The notes beneath the pieces were generated by a model that was not told the DNA's origin, made no database searches, and worked only from the letters and a program-made list of their open reading frames with translations. From Candidatus Bathyarchaeia archaeon (GTDB lineage Archaea > Thermoproteota > Bathyarchaeia > Bathyarchaeales > Bathycorpusculaceae): DNA of 34,225 nucleotides. The DNA lies in the NCBI GenBank assembly GCA_050010755.1, contig JBEKKK010000007.1:1-34225 (forward strand), written 5' to 3'. Positions 17,793-27,835 of the stretch are shown piece by piece. How positions within the stretch are numbered: position 1 is the first letter of the stretch; each line of letters starts with the position of its first letter. The position numbers and the translations under genes were made by a program.

Positions 17793-18791
17793 ATGCCGTG
17801 CACAGTTGTAGCCGGAGGATTCTGGGGAGACGAGGGAAAAGGAAAGATAATCTCGTACCTCGCCCTCAAGGATGGGTTGGATTTATGTGTGAGAACAGGT
17901 TCCGTGAACGCTGCGCACACGATTTGGTTTGAAAGCAAACGGTATGCTTTGCACATGGTACCAGGAGGATTTGTGAACCCGAAGTGCCGCTTGCTCATCG
18001 CAGCGGGAGCAAACGTTCAAGTTGCCCAGCTTCTTCGAGAAGTTGAACAGACTGGCGTCAAAAATCGCCTAGGCGTGGACAGCCAAGCCTCAGTAATCGA
18101 GGAGAAACATTCGGCCCAAGACAAAGCCAGCGAACACCTCAGAGGTTTGGGCACGACTGGTTGGGGTGTGGGACCGGCGATTGAGGAGCGGGTTCGAAGA
18201 ACAGCGAAACTCGCGAAAGACATTCCAGAGCTCGCATCTTATCTCGCTGACGTTGCGTTGGAGACGAATCGAGCAATAGACTCGGGCAAACAAGTTTTGT
18301 TGGAGGGAACGCAGGGAGTGCTGCTCTCGCTGTTCCATGGAAGTTACCCCTACGTGACAGGCAGGGACACGAGCGCATCGGCAATATGTTCTGAGGTGGG
18401 TGTCGGCCCTACGAGAGTGGATGAAGTCGTGCTCGTCTTCAAGTCGTTCGTCACACGCGTCGGCACCGGCCCGTTACCCGAGGAAATTTCGAAGGAAGAA
18501 GCGATTAAAAGGGGATGGTTCGAAACCGCTGCGGGAACTGGTCGTGACAGACGTTCCGCGCCCTTCAGCTTTGAGCTCGCCAGAAGGGCCGCAATGGTTA
18601 ATGGTGCGACCCAATTAGCGGTCACGAAGCTTGACTGTCTGTTCCCCGAGTGCCAAGGTTTAAGAGAGTACGACCGGTTGCCGTCGGAGGCGAAACGGTT
18701 CATAGAGAAAATCGAGAACGAAACGAAGATTCCCGTGAGTCTCATCGGCACAGGTACAGACGCGCAGGATTTAATTGACAGAAGAGGATAG
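17793..18791 (+). CDS. purA: Adenylosuccinate synthetase (short archaeal type)
   Basis: GGFWGDEGKGK, NAAH, GTTGWGVGP, EGTQG, YPYVT, TRVG, TKLD. Confidence 0.96.
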   Translation: MPCTVVAGGFWGDEGKGKIISYLALKDGLDLCVRTGSVNAAHTIWFESKRYALHMVPGGFVNPKCRLLIAAGANVQVAQLLREVEQTGVKNRLGVDSQASVIEEKHSAQDKASEHLRGLGTTGWGVGPAIEERVRRTAKLAKDIPELASYLADVALETNRAIDSGKQVLLEGTQGVLLSLFHGSYPYVTGRDTSASAICSEVGVGPTRVDEVVLVFKSFVTRVGTGPLPEEISKEEAIKRGWFETAAGTGRDRRSAPFSFELARRAAMVNGATQLAVTKLDCLFPECQGLREYDRLPSEAKRFIEKIENETKIPVSLIGTGTDAQDLIDRRG

Positions 18792-18816
18792 CTCGCTGGA
18801 GAGACTTGCGCTAGAG

Positions 18817-19383
18817 TCAATAGGGTATAATCGTGTCCGTCGTCTTCTTGTACAGATACCACCAGAAGTAAACCGTCACAACAAGAATTGCGAGTATCAG
18901 GAACTCGTATGGAGCGTACAGCGCGGCGATATTGTTGGCGAAGTGAAGGCTGACGGCAATCAAATAGAACGCCGTGGGCTTCTTGTTCGCTATTCCGTAG
19001 CCGATTATTGAGGTGCTGGCCGCGTGGAAGAAGAGACCGGGCAGTCTAACGATGAAAGGGACTCGCAGTATCAGAACGTATTCGAGGAACTCGACAATTC
19101 CGAAGCCAAGTCCGACCAAAAAGCCTAAGGTCATTATGGACTTCTTGGTTTCACCGTGACGGTAGAACAGCGGGTAGGCTTTTCCGAATTCCTCGATTGT
19201 CGGAGCGAGGACGGCGATTGTGAGCACAGAAGCATAAGCCGGGTTTAACGGCAATGCGAAGAAGCTTTCGAAGAAACTGGCCAGCGGAATGCTGACTATA
19301 ATTCCAGAGGAGAAAAAGAAGAGTTTCTCCTTCAAGCTCGGTTTGTGAAAGGGAACCGTGCAGCTGCGCTCGGACATGGACAT
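18817..19383 (-). CDS. PrsW family intramembrane metalloprotease
   Basis: APTIEEFGK, GLGFGIVE, FFH and LHFANN motifs; start uncertain. Confidence 0.85.
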   Translation of the reverse strand: MSMSERSCTVPFHKPSLKEKLFFFSSGIIVSIPLASFFESFFALPLNPAYASVLTIAVLAPTIEEFGKAYPLFYRHGETKKSIMTLGFLVGLGFGIVEFLEYVLILRVPFIVRLPGLFFHAASTSIIGYGIANKKPTAFYLIAVSLHFANNIAALYAPYEFLILAILVVTVYFWWYLYKKTTDTIIPY

Positions 19384-19553
19384 CGGAAGGAACATGGATT
19401 TCTGATTATTTAAGCCTGACATGCTGCGCACTAGGCCGCAGTGCGCGGACGAAAAGACTCCTGTTTGTGCAGTTTCAGCTTTGTTTGAATTTGCGTTGAA
19501 CTTGGAAACTCTTAAGAGCGAGCTTCAATTTGTCTAGCTGCACGGTGGGTTGG

Positions 19554-20696
19554 ATGGTTTCGTCGCCTGGAAGACACGCTTCGTCTATTGTTGCCTTGAT
19601 GTTTGTGGCTGGACTGATTCTCGGAGGAATCGTGACTGCCTTCGTTCTTTACGGACAGATTAGCGTCTTGAACACGAAGCTATCAAACGTCGAGAACCAG
19701 ATTTCGAGCTTGAACGTGAACCAGACGGCGTACTATCAGAATTTCAACGTCTATATGAATCAGACGGATTACTCTGTGATTTACGATGAGGTAAAAGATT
19801 CCGTTGTCGTGATCACTGGGACGGCGAACGGTGGAACGATTGAGGGGTCGGGCTTTGTTTACAATTTGACAGGATCCATGGTTGTGGTGACGAACAATCA
19901 CGTCGTGTCCGGAGCAACGGGGGTAAGCGTGACTTTTTCGGATGGGAACGGGTACGCTGCAAGAGTCAACGGGATGGATCCTTATTCTGATCTGGCGGTT
20001 CTAACATTGCCGACTGCCCCCCAGTCGGAGTTTAAGCCGCTCGTGGTCTTGAGTTCTTCGTCGTTGAAAGTTGGGGACGAGGTAATTGCAATAGGCAACC
20101 CGTACGGGTTGACCGGTTCAATGACAACCGGCATTGTGAGTGCGCTTGGAAGGACTATCACAGAGTCGAACACTCCGGGCGGCTACGCAATTGCAGACAT
20201 TATCCAGACGAGCACACCGATAAACCCTGGAAACTCTGGGGGACCTCTTCTGACGCTGAACGGCACCGTGGTCGGAATTACAACGGCGATAGTCACGAAC
20301 TCACAGGGCCTGGGATTCGCGGTGCCCTCGGAAACCATAGTAAAAGAGGTACCCATCTTAGCGGCAGTTGGAAGCTTCAATTTGCACTCGTACTTGGGCG
20401 TGGAAGGTTCGGACATGGATTATGACACGGCCCAGAGCATGAAAGTGAGCGTTACGTACGGCTGGCTTATCGGCTCGGTGATCGCTGGCGGCCCCGCCTC
20501 CCAAGCAAAACCAACAGCCGTCCATACGAACGACATAATCATAGCCCTTAACGCAACGCGCGTAATAAACGGTGACGCCTTGATGAGCTGGATAGAACAA
20601 AACACGGTGCCAGGAGACACCATCATGCTAACCGTGGTCAGAGCAAGCCAAACACTACAGCTGACAGTCAAGCTTGGAACGAGGCCACCTCCCTAA
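19554..20696 (+). CDS. HtrA/DegP-like trypsin serine protease with PDZ domain
   Basis: TNNHVV, SDLAVL, INPGNSGGPL; N-terminal TM and C-terminal PDZ. Confidence 0.93.
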   Translation: MVSSPGRHASSIVALMFVAGLILGGIVTAFVLYGQISVLNTKLSNVENQISSLNVNQTAYYQNFNVYMNQTDYSVIYDEVKDSVVVITGTANGGTIEGSGFVYNLTGSMVVVTNNHVVSGATGVSVTFSDGNGYAARVNGMDPYSDLAVLTLPTAPQSEFKPLVVLSSSSLKVGDEVIAIGNPYGLTGSMTTGIVSALGRTITESNTPGGYAIADIIQTSTPINPGNSGGPLLTLNGTVVGITTAIVTNSQGLGFAVPSETIVKEVPILAAVGSFNLHSYLGVEGSDMDYDTAQSMKVSVTYGWLIGSVIAGGPASQAKPTAVHTNDIIIALNATRVINGDALMSWIEQNTVPGDTIMLTVVRASQTLQLTVKLGTRPPP

Positions 20697-20819
20697 ACAT
20701 CCGGCTTTAGTTTTCGACATTGTTTCCGTTTTCGCCTGGATCGTAACAGAGAAATATAATATCACAGAACTGCTCTGTATTTCGAAATTCTCGAACGCTT
20801 ATCAATTTGGAGAGGCGGG

Positions 20820-21230
20820 TCAATGCACTGTTTTCTCGGATTCGTTCACCTTGCCAAAGACAAAGAAGGCGATAATTGAGTAAACAGGGTAGAACCATTC
20901 GACCGCAATCCAATAGTCAGTTGACAGGGTCAAGTGCAGTTTTAGAACGAGAAATATGTCATCAAGGCTGATCAGTGCGATAACGAAGAGGTAGGAAAGA
21001 AAAACCAGTACGGTTACCAGATTGAGTCTCAAGCCACCCTTCACTTTGCCGTAGAGCAAGAAAACCAGGATTGAGACGAGCACGTATAGGACGTCGAGGG
21101 GCTTCCAGAAGACTGTTCCAAAAATTGTGTCCAGATTTCCTATGGATCCTACCAAGTGTGAATCTCCAAAAGTGAGCAGAACAAGGAGCACACCAAAAGC
21201 AAGTGCTGTGATTTCGGTTTTCAAACCCAT
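20820..21230 (-). CDS. Hypothetical membrane protein
   Basis: 136 aa, about 4 TM segments. Confidence 0.7.
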   Translation of the reverse strand: MGLKTEITALAFGVLLVLLTFGDSHLVGSIGNLDTIFGTVFWKPLDVLYVLVSILVFLLYGKVKGGLRLNLVTVLVFLSYLFVIALISLDDIFLVLKLHLTLSTDYWIAVEWFYPVYSIIAFFVFGKVNESEKTVH

Positions 21231-21374
21231 GTTTTCAGTAACCTGAGCATAAATGCATTACGACAGTGCTGTTAAGCCTTTTGTGCTACCCGGAACGTTA
21301 TGATGTCATTTATCGCGGGTCAAAAGTGCAAATCTCGCAGGAATTTTGAGCTTGTTAATTTGATTGTGTCGGGT

Positions 21375-22343
21375 TCAGTTGGTGTCGGCGAGGGTTTTTG
21401 CTGCTTGCTTTACTGCTTGTCTGCTCGTGTAAGTGAGTTTCCATCCGGTTTTGACGAGTTTGTCTATTGAGAGCTGCATTGTTTTCACGTCGCCCTTCCA
21501 TCCTCTACCGCCGTCGACTCCGCCTGTGAACTTAAATTTGACGTGCGGTGTTTTCATTATTGTTGCGACGGTTTTTGCTATTTGGGTGACGGTGACCTTG
21601 TCGTCGGACCCGACGTTGAATACCTCCACTGCTCGTTCGGTTTTGGAGAAGGTTTCGGTTAGGTGCATGGTTGCTTCGACGCAGTCTGTTACATAAAGGT
21701 AGGATTTTTCCTGTTTTCCGTCGCCGAGTATTGTGAGTTCGTGGGGGTTTGCCCTGATTTTTTTGATAAAGTCGACTATGACTCCGTGGCTGGATCTTGG
21801 GCCTATTATGTTTGCGAAGCGGAGGATGAGCGCTCGGTGGTTGAACGTGTGCGCGTAGCTTGCGATCAGGGCTTCGCAGGCGAGTTTTGAAGCACCGTAG
21901 GTGGAGATGGGAAGGAGCGGCCCGTAGTCTTCGGGTGTCGGAACCTTTTCTGCCTCTCCGTAGACGGTGGACGTTGAGGCGAAGATTAAGGTTTTTGGTT
22001 TTTCACTCTTTCTCACGGCTTCGAGAAGGTTGAACGTTGCAAGGATGTTTTCTTCAAAATGCGTTCTCGGATCAGTTTCGCCGAGTTTCACCTCGGGGTT
22101 TGCTGCCAGATGGAAAATTGTGTCCGACGCATCTATGAGTCGCCCGAGCTTCTTAGGTTTTTTCAAGTCCTCTTTGATTATCTTTAATTGAGGGTTGTCC
22201 CGCACGCGCTGCAGGTTTTCTGTTTTTCCGTTTGAAAAGTTGTCGAGAACGGTTACCCTGTGCCCTTCTTTCAGCAGTTCCTCAGTCAGATGGCTGCCTA
22301 TGAAACCCGCCCCGCCCGTAACGACCATTGTGTGTTCAACCAA
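21375..22343 (-). CDS. NAD-dependent epimerase/dehydratase (GalE-like)
   Basis: [23 protein letters not shown]. Confidence 0.92.
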   Translation of the reverse strand: MVEHTMVVTGGAGFIGSHLTEELLKEGHRVTVLDNFSNGKTENLQRVRDNPQLKIIKEDLKKPKKLGRLIDASDTIFHLAANPEVKLGETDPRTHFEENILATFNLLEAVRKSEKPKTLIFASTSTVYGEAEKVPTPEDYGPLLPISTYGASKLACEALIASYAHTFNHRALILRFANIIGPRSSHGVIVDFIKKIRANPHELTILGDGKQEKSYLYVTDCVEATMHLTETFSKTERAVEVFNVGSDDKVTVTQIAKTVATIMKTPHVKFKFTGGVDGGRGWKGDVKTMQLSIDKLVKTGWKLTYTSRQAVKQAAKTLADTN

Positions 22344-22551
22344 TGCTTTTCACACCTCGTTCCAACCAGTCGTTGGGCCACTTTACGAGAAGGATGTGAA
22401 CGTGTAAGTATTTAGAATTTGTCTCGCCATCCATGCTGTTCCCTCGCTGTCGGTAACCGTCTCTTTTTGGGTGTGGAGGCTGAAAGGTTGCTACAGGATA
22501 AACTGGTTGGGTTTTTCGGCTGCAGTTCCTGGAGGATGAAAATCTGATGGG

Positions 22552-22749
22552 TTATGCAGATCCTCTGGCTTCGCATTGTTCCTGTTCGTCGGGTAAAAAT
22601 GGCATCATGGTGATGTACCCCTGTTCCTCCTTTGCCGTTTTCGAGTGGGTTTCTTCTTTGCGAGTGCCGACCCACATGATTGTCCAGCCTATTATCCAGA
22701 GGAACAATGCGAGGGGTAGTAATAATAGTTTGATTAGTCGGTTGCGCAC
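22552..22749 (-). CDS. Small single-TM membrane protein
   Basis: LLLLPLALFLWIIGW hydrophobic segment followed by a charged tail. Confidence 0.55.
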   Translation of the reverse strand: MRNRLIKLLLLPLALFLWIIGWTIMWVGTRKEETHSKTAKEEQGYITMMPFLPDEQEQCEARGSA

Positions 22750-22997
22750 TTTAGTATTTCACTTGTCGTTTCTAGGTCGACGATTGTGTCGTGTTTTGGA
22801 GGGGTTATAGCTTTTATGAAGTCATGATAAGTATTGGGGTCGGTTTTTGTCTTGTGTTGTACATTTTGATGGGGTTTTAAGTGTTGTCGGGTTGTTTTTA
22901 GGTGTGGGTACGTCTTGTCATGTGTATTTGTGTTGGCAGTGTAGACAATAAGATTTATTAAGACTTCAGACGACCCTGTTTGTTTTAGTGAAAAGTT

Positions 22998-23456
22998 ATG
23001 GCCATGCGAAGAGCAACAACAGGAACCGTTCTTGCGTTAGCCGTCATCGGTCTCGTGATGAGCGCAATGGGCGCACTCGTTACAACCCGCACAGTCAGCA
23101 ACTCTGGCAACATCGCTGTCGTCACGTCTCCTACGGTACAGTTGGGCGTGTATTCTGACAGCGGCTGCACAGCAACACTTTCGAGCATTCCGTGGGGAAC
23201 CCTGACTCCGGGCAACACGGCAACATCAACGATGTTTGTGAGGAACGAGGGCAACGTGGCCGTCACGCTGAGCATTCAAGCGGGCAATTGGAACCCAGCG
23301 TCGGCTTCAAGCTACTTCAGCCTCGGTTGGAATTGCACCGGGTACGTGCTGCAGCCCAGCCAAGTGGTTAAGGCCTTGTTGACACTCAATGTCTCATCGA
23401 GCATAAGTGGCATCACGAGCTTCAGTTTCGACATAACCATCACGGGCACCCAGTAG
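22998..23456 (+). CDS. Secreted beta-sandwich protein (possible fibre/pilin-like subunit)
   Basis: Signal peptide, Ser/Thr-rich, WGTLTPG...NEGNV...FSFDITITG; TATA TTTATTAA at ~22954. Confidence 0.7.
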   Translation: MAMRRATTGTVLALAVIGLVMSAMGALVTTRTVSNSGNIAVVTSPTVQLGVYSDSGCTATLSSIPWGTLTPGNTATSTMFVRNEGNVAVTLSIQAGNWNPASASSYFSLGWNCTGYVLQPSQVVKALLTLNVSSSISGITSFSFDITITGTQ

Positions 23457-23586
23457 TCTCACAACAGCCTCCCGCGGTAGCGAAGCGATTCGAATTCGAA
23501 AAGCAGATGGAATCAAGGGCTCAGATCGCCCCTCCCCTGTTTCTTGTAAACGCTCACGTTTCTTCCAAAATTACTTCTATTTGCGT

Positions 23587-24249
23587 TCATGTCTTCTTTG
23601 AGGTTGTAGCATTGTACTCTCTTAAGACTGCAGTCACTGCGAAGACCACTGTAAGAGCGACCAAGCTCAGGACTATCGGCGTCAGGCTGATGCCCCACGG
23701 TGTGTAGTTCAGGAGTAGGCCAACGATGGGAACGAGGGCGAGACTCATGCCGATGCTCAGGGCTGTGCGTTCGATGATGTCCAAGTCTTTTTCGGTTGTT
23801 TTTATCGGGAGATGTTTTGGAAAAAGGGCTTTCATGAACGTGTAGCCTGGCAGCCAGAGGACGAAGATTATGCCCAGAACGTACCTTATGTAGACCAGTG
23901 GGTAGGCGGTTTCGGGTATGGTGAACACGGCCGTGAGGGTTGCGAGTGTTAGGGCTATGGTTGTCCAGAACCATAGGGCCGCCGATGTTTTAATGTAGGC
24001 CGAGACTGTGAGTGTTTGCTCAGGATGCGGCGCTATGTGAAGTTTTCCCTGTTCTTGCAGGTTGAGGATGGTTCTGAGGATTGCCTCGCTTTGCAGTTCG
24101 TAGGCTTTCCTCTCGTCGAGCATTTCCCGGTTTTCGCCGTAGTATGCTTGCCTCACGAGTTCAACGAGTTGGCTCACGGTTTCAGGCTTTTTCTCGGCGG
24201 CGGTTTGGAGTATAGTCTGTTCGAGAGTTGTTTGGGTTTCGGTGGTCAA
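23587..24249 (-). CDS. DUF1616-family membrane protein
   Basis: RYVLGIIFVLWLPGY..KALFP...ERTALSIGMSLALVPIVGLLLNYTPWGI. Confidence 0.85.
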   Translation of the reverse strand: MTTETQTTLEQTILQTAAEKKPETVSQLVELVRQAYYGENREMLDERKAYELQSEAILRTILNLQEQGKLHIAPHPEQTLTVSAYIKTSAALWFWTTIALTLATLTAVFTIPETAYPLVYIRYVLGIIFVLWLPGYTFMKALFPKHLPIKTTEKDLDIIERTALSIGMSLALVPIVGLLLNYTPWGISLTPIVLSLVALTVVFAVTAVLREYNATTSKKT

Positions 24250-24474
24250 GTTCGCATGGCCTCAGAAACATTACTGTTCATGGCGCAGGAATATAAGGGT
24301 GTAACATGAAAGTGGGAGGCTATTCTTTCTGATTTGATTTGACTACGAGGGGAGTTTCGTGGGCGTGGCATCGTTAACGTTAGTTATGAGATTCTCTGGG
24401 ATTACGAGTTTGCCTTCGCCAGCCATGATGCGTGGCCCATTGATCAGAGGCTGCGGCTTGCACGTCGACGGTGC

Positions 24475-24741
24475 CACTCCCTCTTTTTCACACACATCAG
24501 ATGTAATGGATCCGCGTAAAGGATCCACGTGTGTGTCCATGTCGGGCGGTGACGCGTGTTTCCGAAAATGACAGAAAATGTTGTTTACATGATTCTAGTG
24601 TCTGTCTTCCCTCTCTGTGTCTGGGTTTGACATGCCGCCGGAGTGGACGATTTCAAATGTTGACTGTGTCCCCCTCCCCTTTTTTTCTTTACGTCTGTTG
24701 TAATGTTGCTTTGTAATGTGTAAGCGTAAATTTCCATGTTG
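24475..24741 (-). repeat. Dispersed intergenic repeat, pair 2 (type A 24664-24741; type B 24475-24544)
   Basis: Reverse complement matches 2568-2645 with about 2 mismatches and 1 indel. The type B unit shares TCCATTACATCTGATGTGTGTGAAAAA with 2694-2720. Confidence 0.9.
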
Positions 24742-24831
24742 ATGCGTGTGCAATTCCTGAATTTGGTAAGCTCGTGGAATCTTTAACCGTTCAGAAGTGC
24801 ATTCAGAAAGCGCTCTGGTGGTTGGGCTCGG

Positions 24832-25056
24832 TTATGCGTTTCTGAGGATATTGATTATCGTTAGGGCTACTGTTGCGAGGAACATGATGGAGAAGAAGAT
24901 GGCGACGTTTCTGAGTCGTTTTCTGTTTATTTTGAAGTTTATTTTTCCGTAGTAGGGTGACATGAGTTCAGACGTGATAAGCAGTACTGTGGCCATCACG
25001 GCGAATAGGATGCTTAGGTCGTTTATCGCTTGCGTGCTGTTTATTTGGAGGATCAT
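24832..25056 (-). CDS. Small 2-TM membrane protein
   Basis: LLITSELMSPYYG...KRLR; ATGA overlap with the upstream gene. Confidence 0.75.
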   Translation of the reverse strand: MILQINSTQAINDLSILFAVMATVLLITSELMSPYYGKINFKINRKRLRNVAIFFSIMFLATVALTIINILRNA

Positions 25057-25880
25057 GGTGATGGTGGCTCCGTTTTTTGCAGTTGGAATTCTATTGTTGT
25101 TTCTGTTCCGTTTTGGTTTGTTTGTTGTTTCGTTATTGTGACGAGTTGGCCTGTGGCTTTTGCTAGGGCGCAGGCTATTGCTGATGTGAGGGGTGAGCCT
25201 ATGCTGTTAAGATGTTGATCTTTCGTGAGGGTTCGGTACGGTGTGGTGGCTATTGTGACGTTTAGGTGCGTGGTTTCGGTGCCGTCTTGTGCATTTTTGG
25301 AGTTTAACGATTGTGAGGTTGTGGGGCCTTCTATTTCGAGTTTGGTGGCTATTTCGAGGTTTTCGATGAGTAGGTTGGGGAGGTTTTGTTGGAGGTATTC
25401 GAGGTTGGCGAGTGTGAAGTTTGTTGCGAGGGTTTGTTCGAAGAGTTTGACGAGGTCTGCTCCTGGCGGCGTCAGCAGGAGTCCTTCTGGATCTGCGATT
25501 AGCAGTGTGTCGGTTTGTGTTTGATCAGGCGTGGGATAAGTTGTGCCTTTCTGTTTGGGGATGAAGATTTTGGTGTCTTGGAGGTTTTTGAGGTATTTGG
25601 GGGGCAGGTAAACTGGGCTTCCTTCATAGCCGAAGGCTTTGATGGTTTCGTTGAGGGTTTCTAATGTGGGGGTGACGGATGCGTCCAAAATTTTGGTCGG
25701 CGTGTAATCTTGATCCTGAATGTAAAGCAGTATAGCGCCCCAGAAGGTTAAGCCTAAGCCTATGAACGCTGGAATTTCAGAGTTCTCAACGATTGACGCG
25801 ATCAGTGCAGCTACGCCGAGAACCACCATTGTGATACCTATGGATTGAGGGGTTATTTTCTTCATCCTGTTTTCCTTCAT
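25053..25880 (-). CDS. Conserved-looking archaeal membrane protein
   Basis: Two N-terminal TMs, YLPP, PPG and GSPLTSAIACALAK; GGAG SD. Confidence 0.75.
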   Translation of the reverse strand: MKENRMKKITPQSIGITMVVLGVAALIASIVENSEIPAFIGLGLTFWGAILLYIQDQDYTPTKILDASVTPTLETLNETIKAFGYEGSPVYLPPKYLKNLQDTKIFIPKQKGTTYPTPDQTQTDTLLIADPEGLLLTPPGADLVKLFEQTLATNFTLANLEYLQQNLPNLLIENLEIATKLEIEGPTTSQSLNSKNAQDGTETTHLNVTIATTPYRTLTKDQHLNSIGSPLTSAIACALAKATGQLVTITKQQTNQNGTETTIEFQLQKTEPPSP

Positions 25881-26031
25881 TCTCCTTTATTGTTTTATCG
25901 TTTTCGTAACTGAGCTTGACGCGCGCATGTTTGATTTTTGTTTATTTTTTGTTGGTTCGACTAGTTGAACCTTATGTCCGTGCGCGAAACGTTGTATCCT
26001 TGTGACTGAATTCCGTACGGAAGCGTAGAAT

Positions 26032-27654
26032 TCATATTTTCCAGGTTTGTATTGGAACATCGTTCCGGCTGACTATTTGCCTTTTTATGAAGCCGACGTC
26101 CTCGAGTTCTGTGAGCCTTGCTTCAACCTGTTCTGCCGTTAAGGTTCGACCCTTGCTGCTCTTCTGGAGTGATGCACAGATCTGCGTGAACGTAACTGGT
26201 TGTTTTGTTGTTTCGATTGTTTTGACGATTTCCGCGTCGAACGCGTTCAGCTTTGAAGCGGCTGACAGGCTGATTTTTCTCCGTTTTCTGGCTTCAATTA
26301 GGTAGAGAAAGATTATGGCGATCAGGATGGCCACTGTTACCGCTCCTAACGCCGTGCTGTACTCTGAGATGATGACGGTGATATCGGATGATGGCTGGGT
26401 CTGTTTCCAGTAGTTCATCGTCATATTAGCTAGGTTGACTAGTTGTTGTCCGACTGCCTGCAGCTGATTCTGAGTAACGTTGTAGATGGAAAGTGTTAGT
26501 TCCACGTATTTTAGTTGAATTGTTTGGCCTTGTATGACGGGCAGGGAAGTGTTCCATGTAATCACCGCTTGGAATTCGCTTGGGAGGGACGAATGGTAGA
26601 CGTAGTAGTATGCGCCTATGATTTTCGTGCGGTTGATTTGAGTCCATGCTGAGCGGGAGAGGGCGTATGGGATGAGTTTGGATGGGTCGGAGGCCATTTG
26701 GAGTCCTACTTGTATTTGAAGTGTAGACTGGTTTGCTGGGGCGTAGTAATAATTGAGGGATAGGTCTAGGAAAGGCGGGTGGGGAGTCTCATTAGTTGGG
26801 TCTTCGTAATTGAATGTTAAATTGTACTGATTCAACGTGGGCATCCATGAGCTGTTAGATTGTCGATTTGACAGAGTAGTAGTGACGATTAAAGGTCTCC
26901 TCGCGTCGACGACGAAGTGTTGCGTTTCTGGAACTTTGACTGCCGTCAGAAGACTGGCTATGAGAATTATCGCGACAATTTTTGTCACGTCCATTCGTGA
27001 AAGTTTTGCTGGCAACGGGCTGAGTATTCGGCCGCATTCTTTGCAGTAGTTCCTTCCGGTTTGAGGGTGAGGAGTGCTGCAAATCATAGATTTTTTGGAG
27101 ATTATTCGTGTTTGGTAGATTTTCCTAGATATGAGGATGATGAAGATTGCGGCCATAACTGTAAGTGCGAAGGTTGATGTTATGGTGGAAGGCGGGGGAT
27201 AAAGGAAGAGTAGGAAAAAAATGGGGAAGGCTAGTTGTTTTAGAGTTTCTGAGTTGAACAAGATGAGAGTGAGGCCGGATGCGAAAATTGGAAGTGCAAG
27301 AACGTGGTATCCGTACGGTGTGAGTGCGTAAGAGCCGCGCCAGTATAATAGCAGAGCCACGAGTGATAGTGAGATGCCGGCGAGTGGGGCTAAGGGTTTG
27401 ATGTTCTTAGATTGGCGGGTTGTGTCGAGCGCCATGACGTTTCTTAGCATGTGCCTCTTGCTGTAAACGAGGTACGCTATGATGAAGGGTATGACAGCAA
27501 CATAATAGGAACTTTCATTCCGTAATGCACTAGTGAAAATTAGGTCTATATCAGAATGGAAAACCGCGAATACGACCGCGATTAGGATGGCACTTTTCAG
27601 TCCGAGGGATATGCGCGTCTGCGTGTTGGGCATGTTCTGGGGCCTTTTGTTCAT
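26032..27654 (-). CDS. Exosortase/archaeosortase-family homologue apparently lacking the catalytic core
   Basis: Exosortase-type N-terminal TMs (IPFIIAYLVYSKR; LLFLYPPP), then a Cys knuckle, an extracellular EpsI-like domain and a C-terminal wHTH-like tail. No CSG or N..R motif. Confidence 0.65.
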   Translation of the reverse strand: MNKRPQNMPNTQTRISLGLKSAILIAVVFAVFHSDIDLIFTSALRNESSYYVAVIPFIIAYLVYSKRHMLRNVMALDTTRQSKNIKPLAPLAGISLSLVALLLYWRGSYALTPYGYHVLALPIFASGLTLILFNSETLKQLAFPIFFLLFLYPPPSTITSTFALTVMAAIFIILISRKIYQTRIISKKSMICSTPHPQTGRNYCKECGRILSPLPAKLSRMDVTKIVAIILIASLLTAVKVPETQHFVVDARRPLIVTTTLSNRQSNSSWMPTLNQYNLTFNYEDPTNETPHPPFLDLSLNYYYAPANQSTLQIQVGLQMASDPSKLIPYALSRSAWTQINRTKIIGAYYYVYHSSLPSEFQAVITWNTSLPVIQGQTIQLKYVELTLSIYNVTQNQLQAVGQQLVNLANMTMNYWKQTQPSSDITVIISEYSTALGAVTVAILIAIIFLYLIEARKRRKISLSAASKLNAFDAEIVKTIETTKQPVTFTQICASLQKSSKGRTLTAEQVEARLTELEDVGFIKRQIVSRNDVPIQTWKI

Positions 27655-27835
27655 TTTACATTACGATTCTGAATAGTGAGAAGCTTTCAAAGACCGCTAG
27701 TGTGGTTATTGAACTTTTGCCCGCTGCTCAGAATCTGAAAAAGTTTTTCAGACTGTTTTTTTCGATCTTTGGCAGTTTTTGCAGTTTGTGGGCGAGTGTT
27801 GGCGAAGGGTTCCTATCAATTGTTTAGAGATTGAG

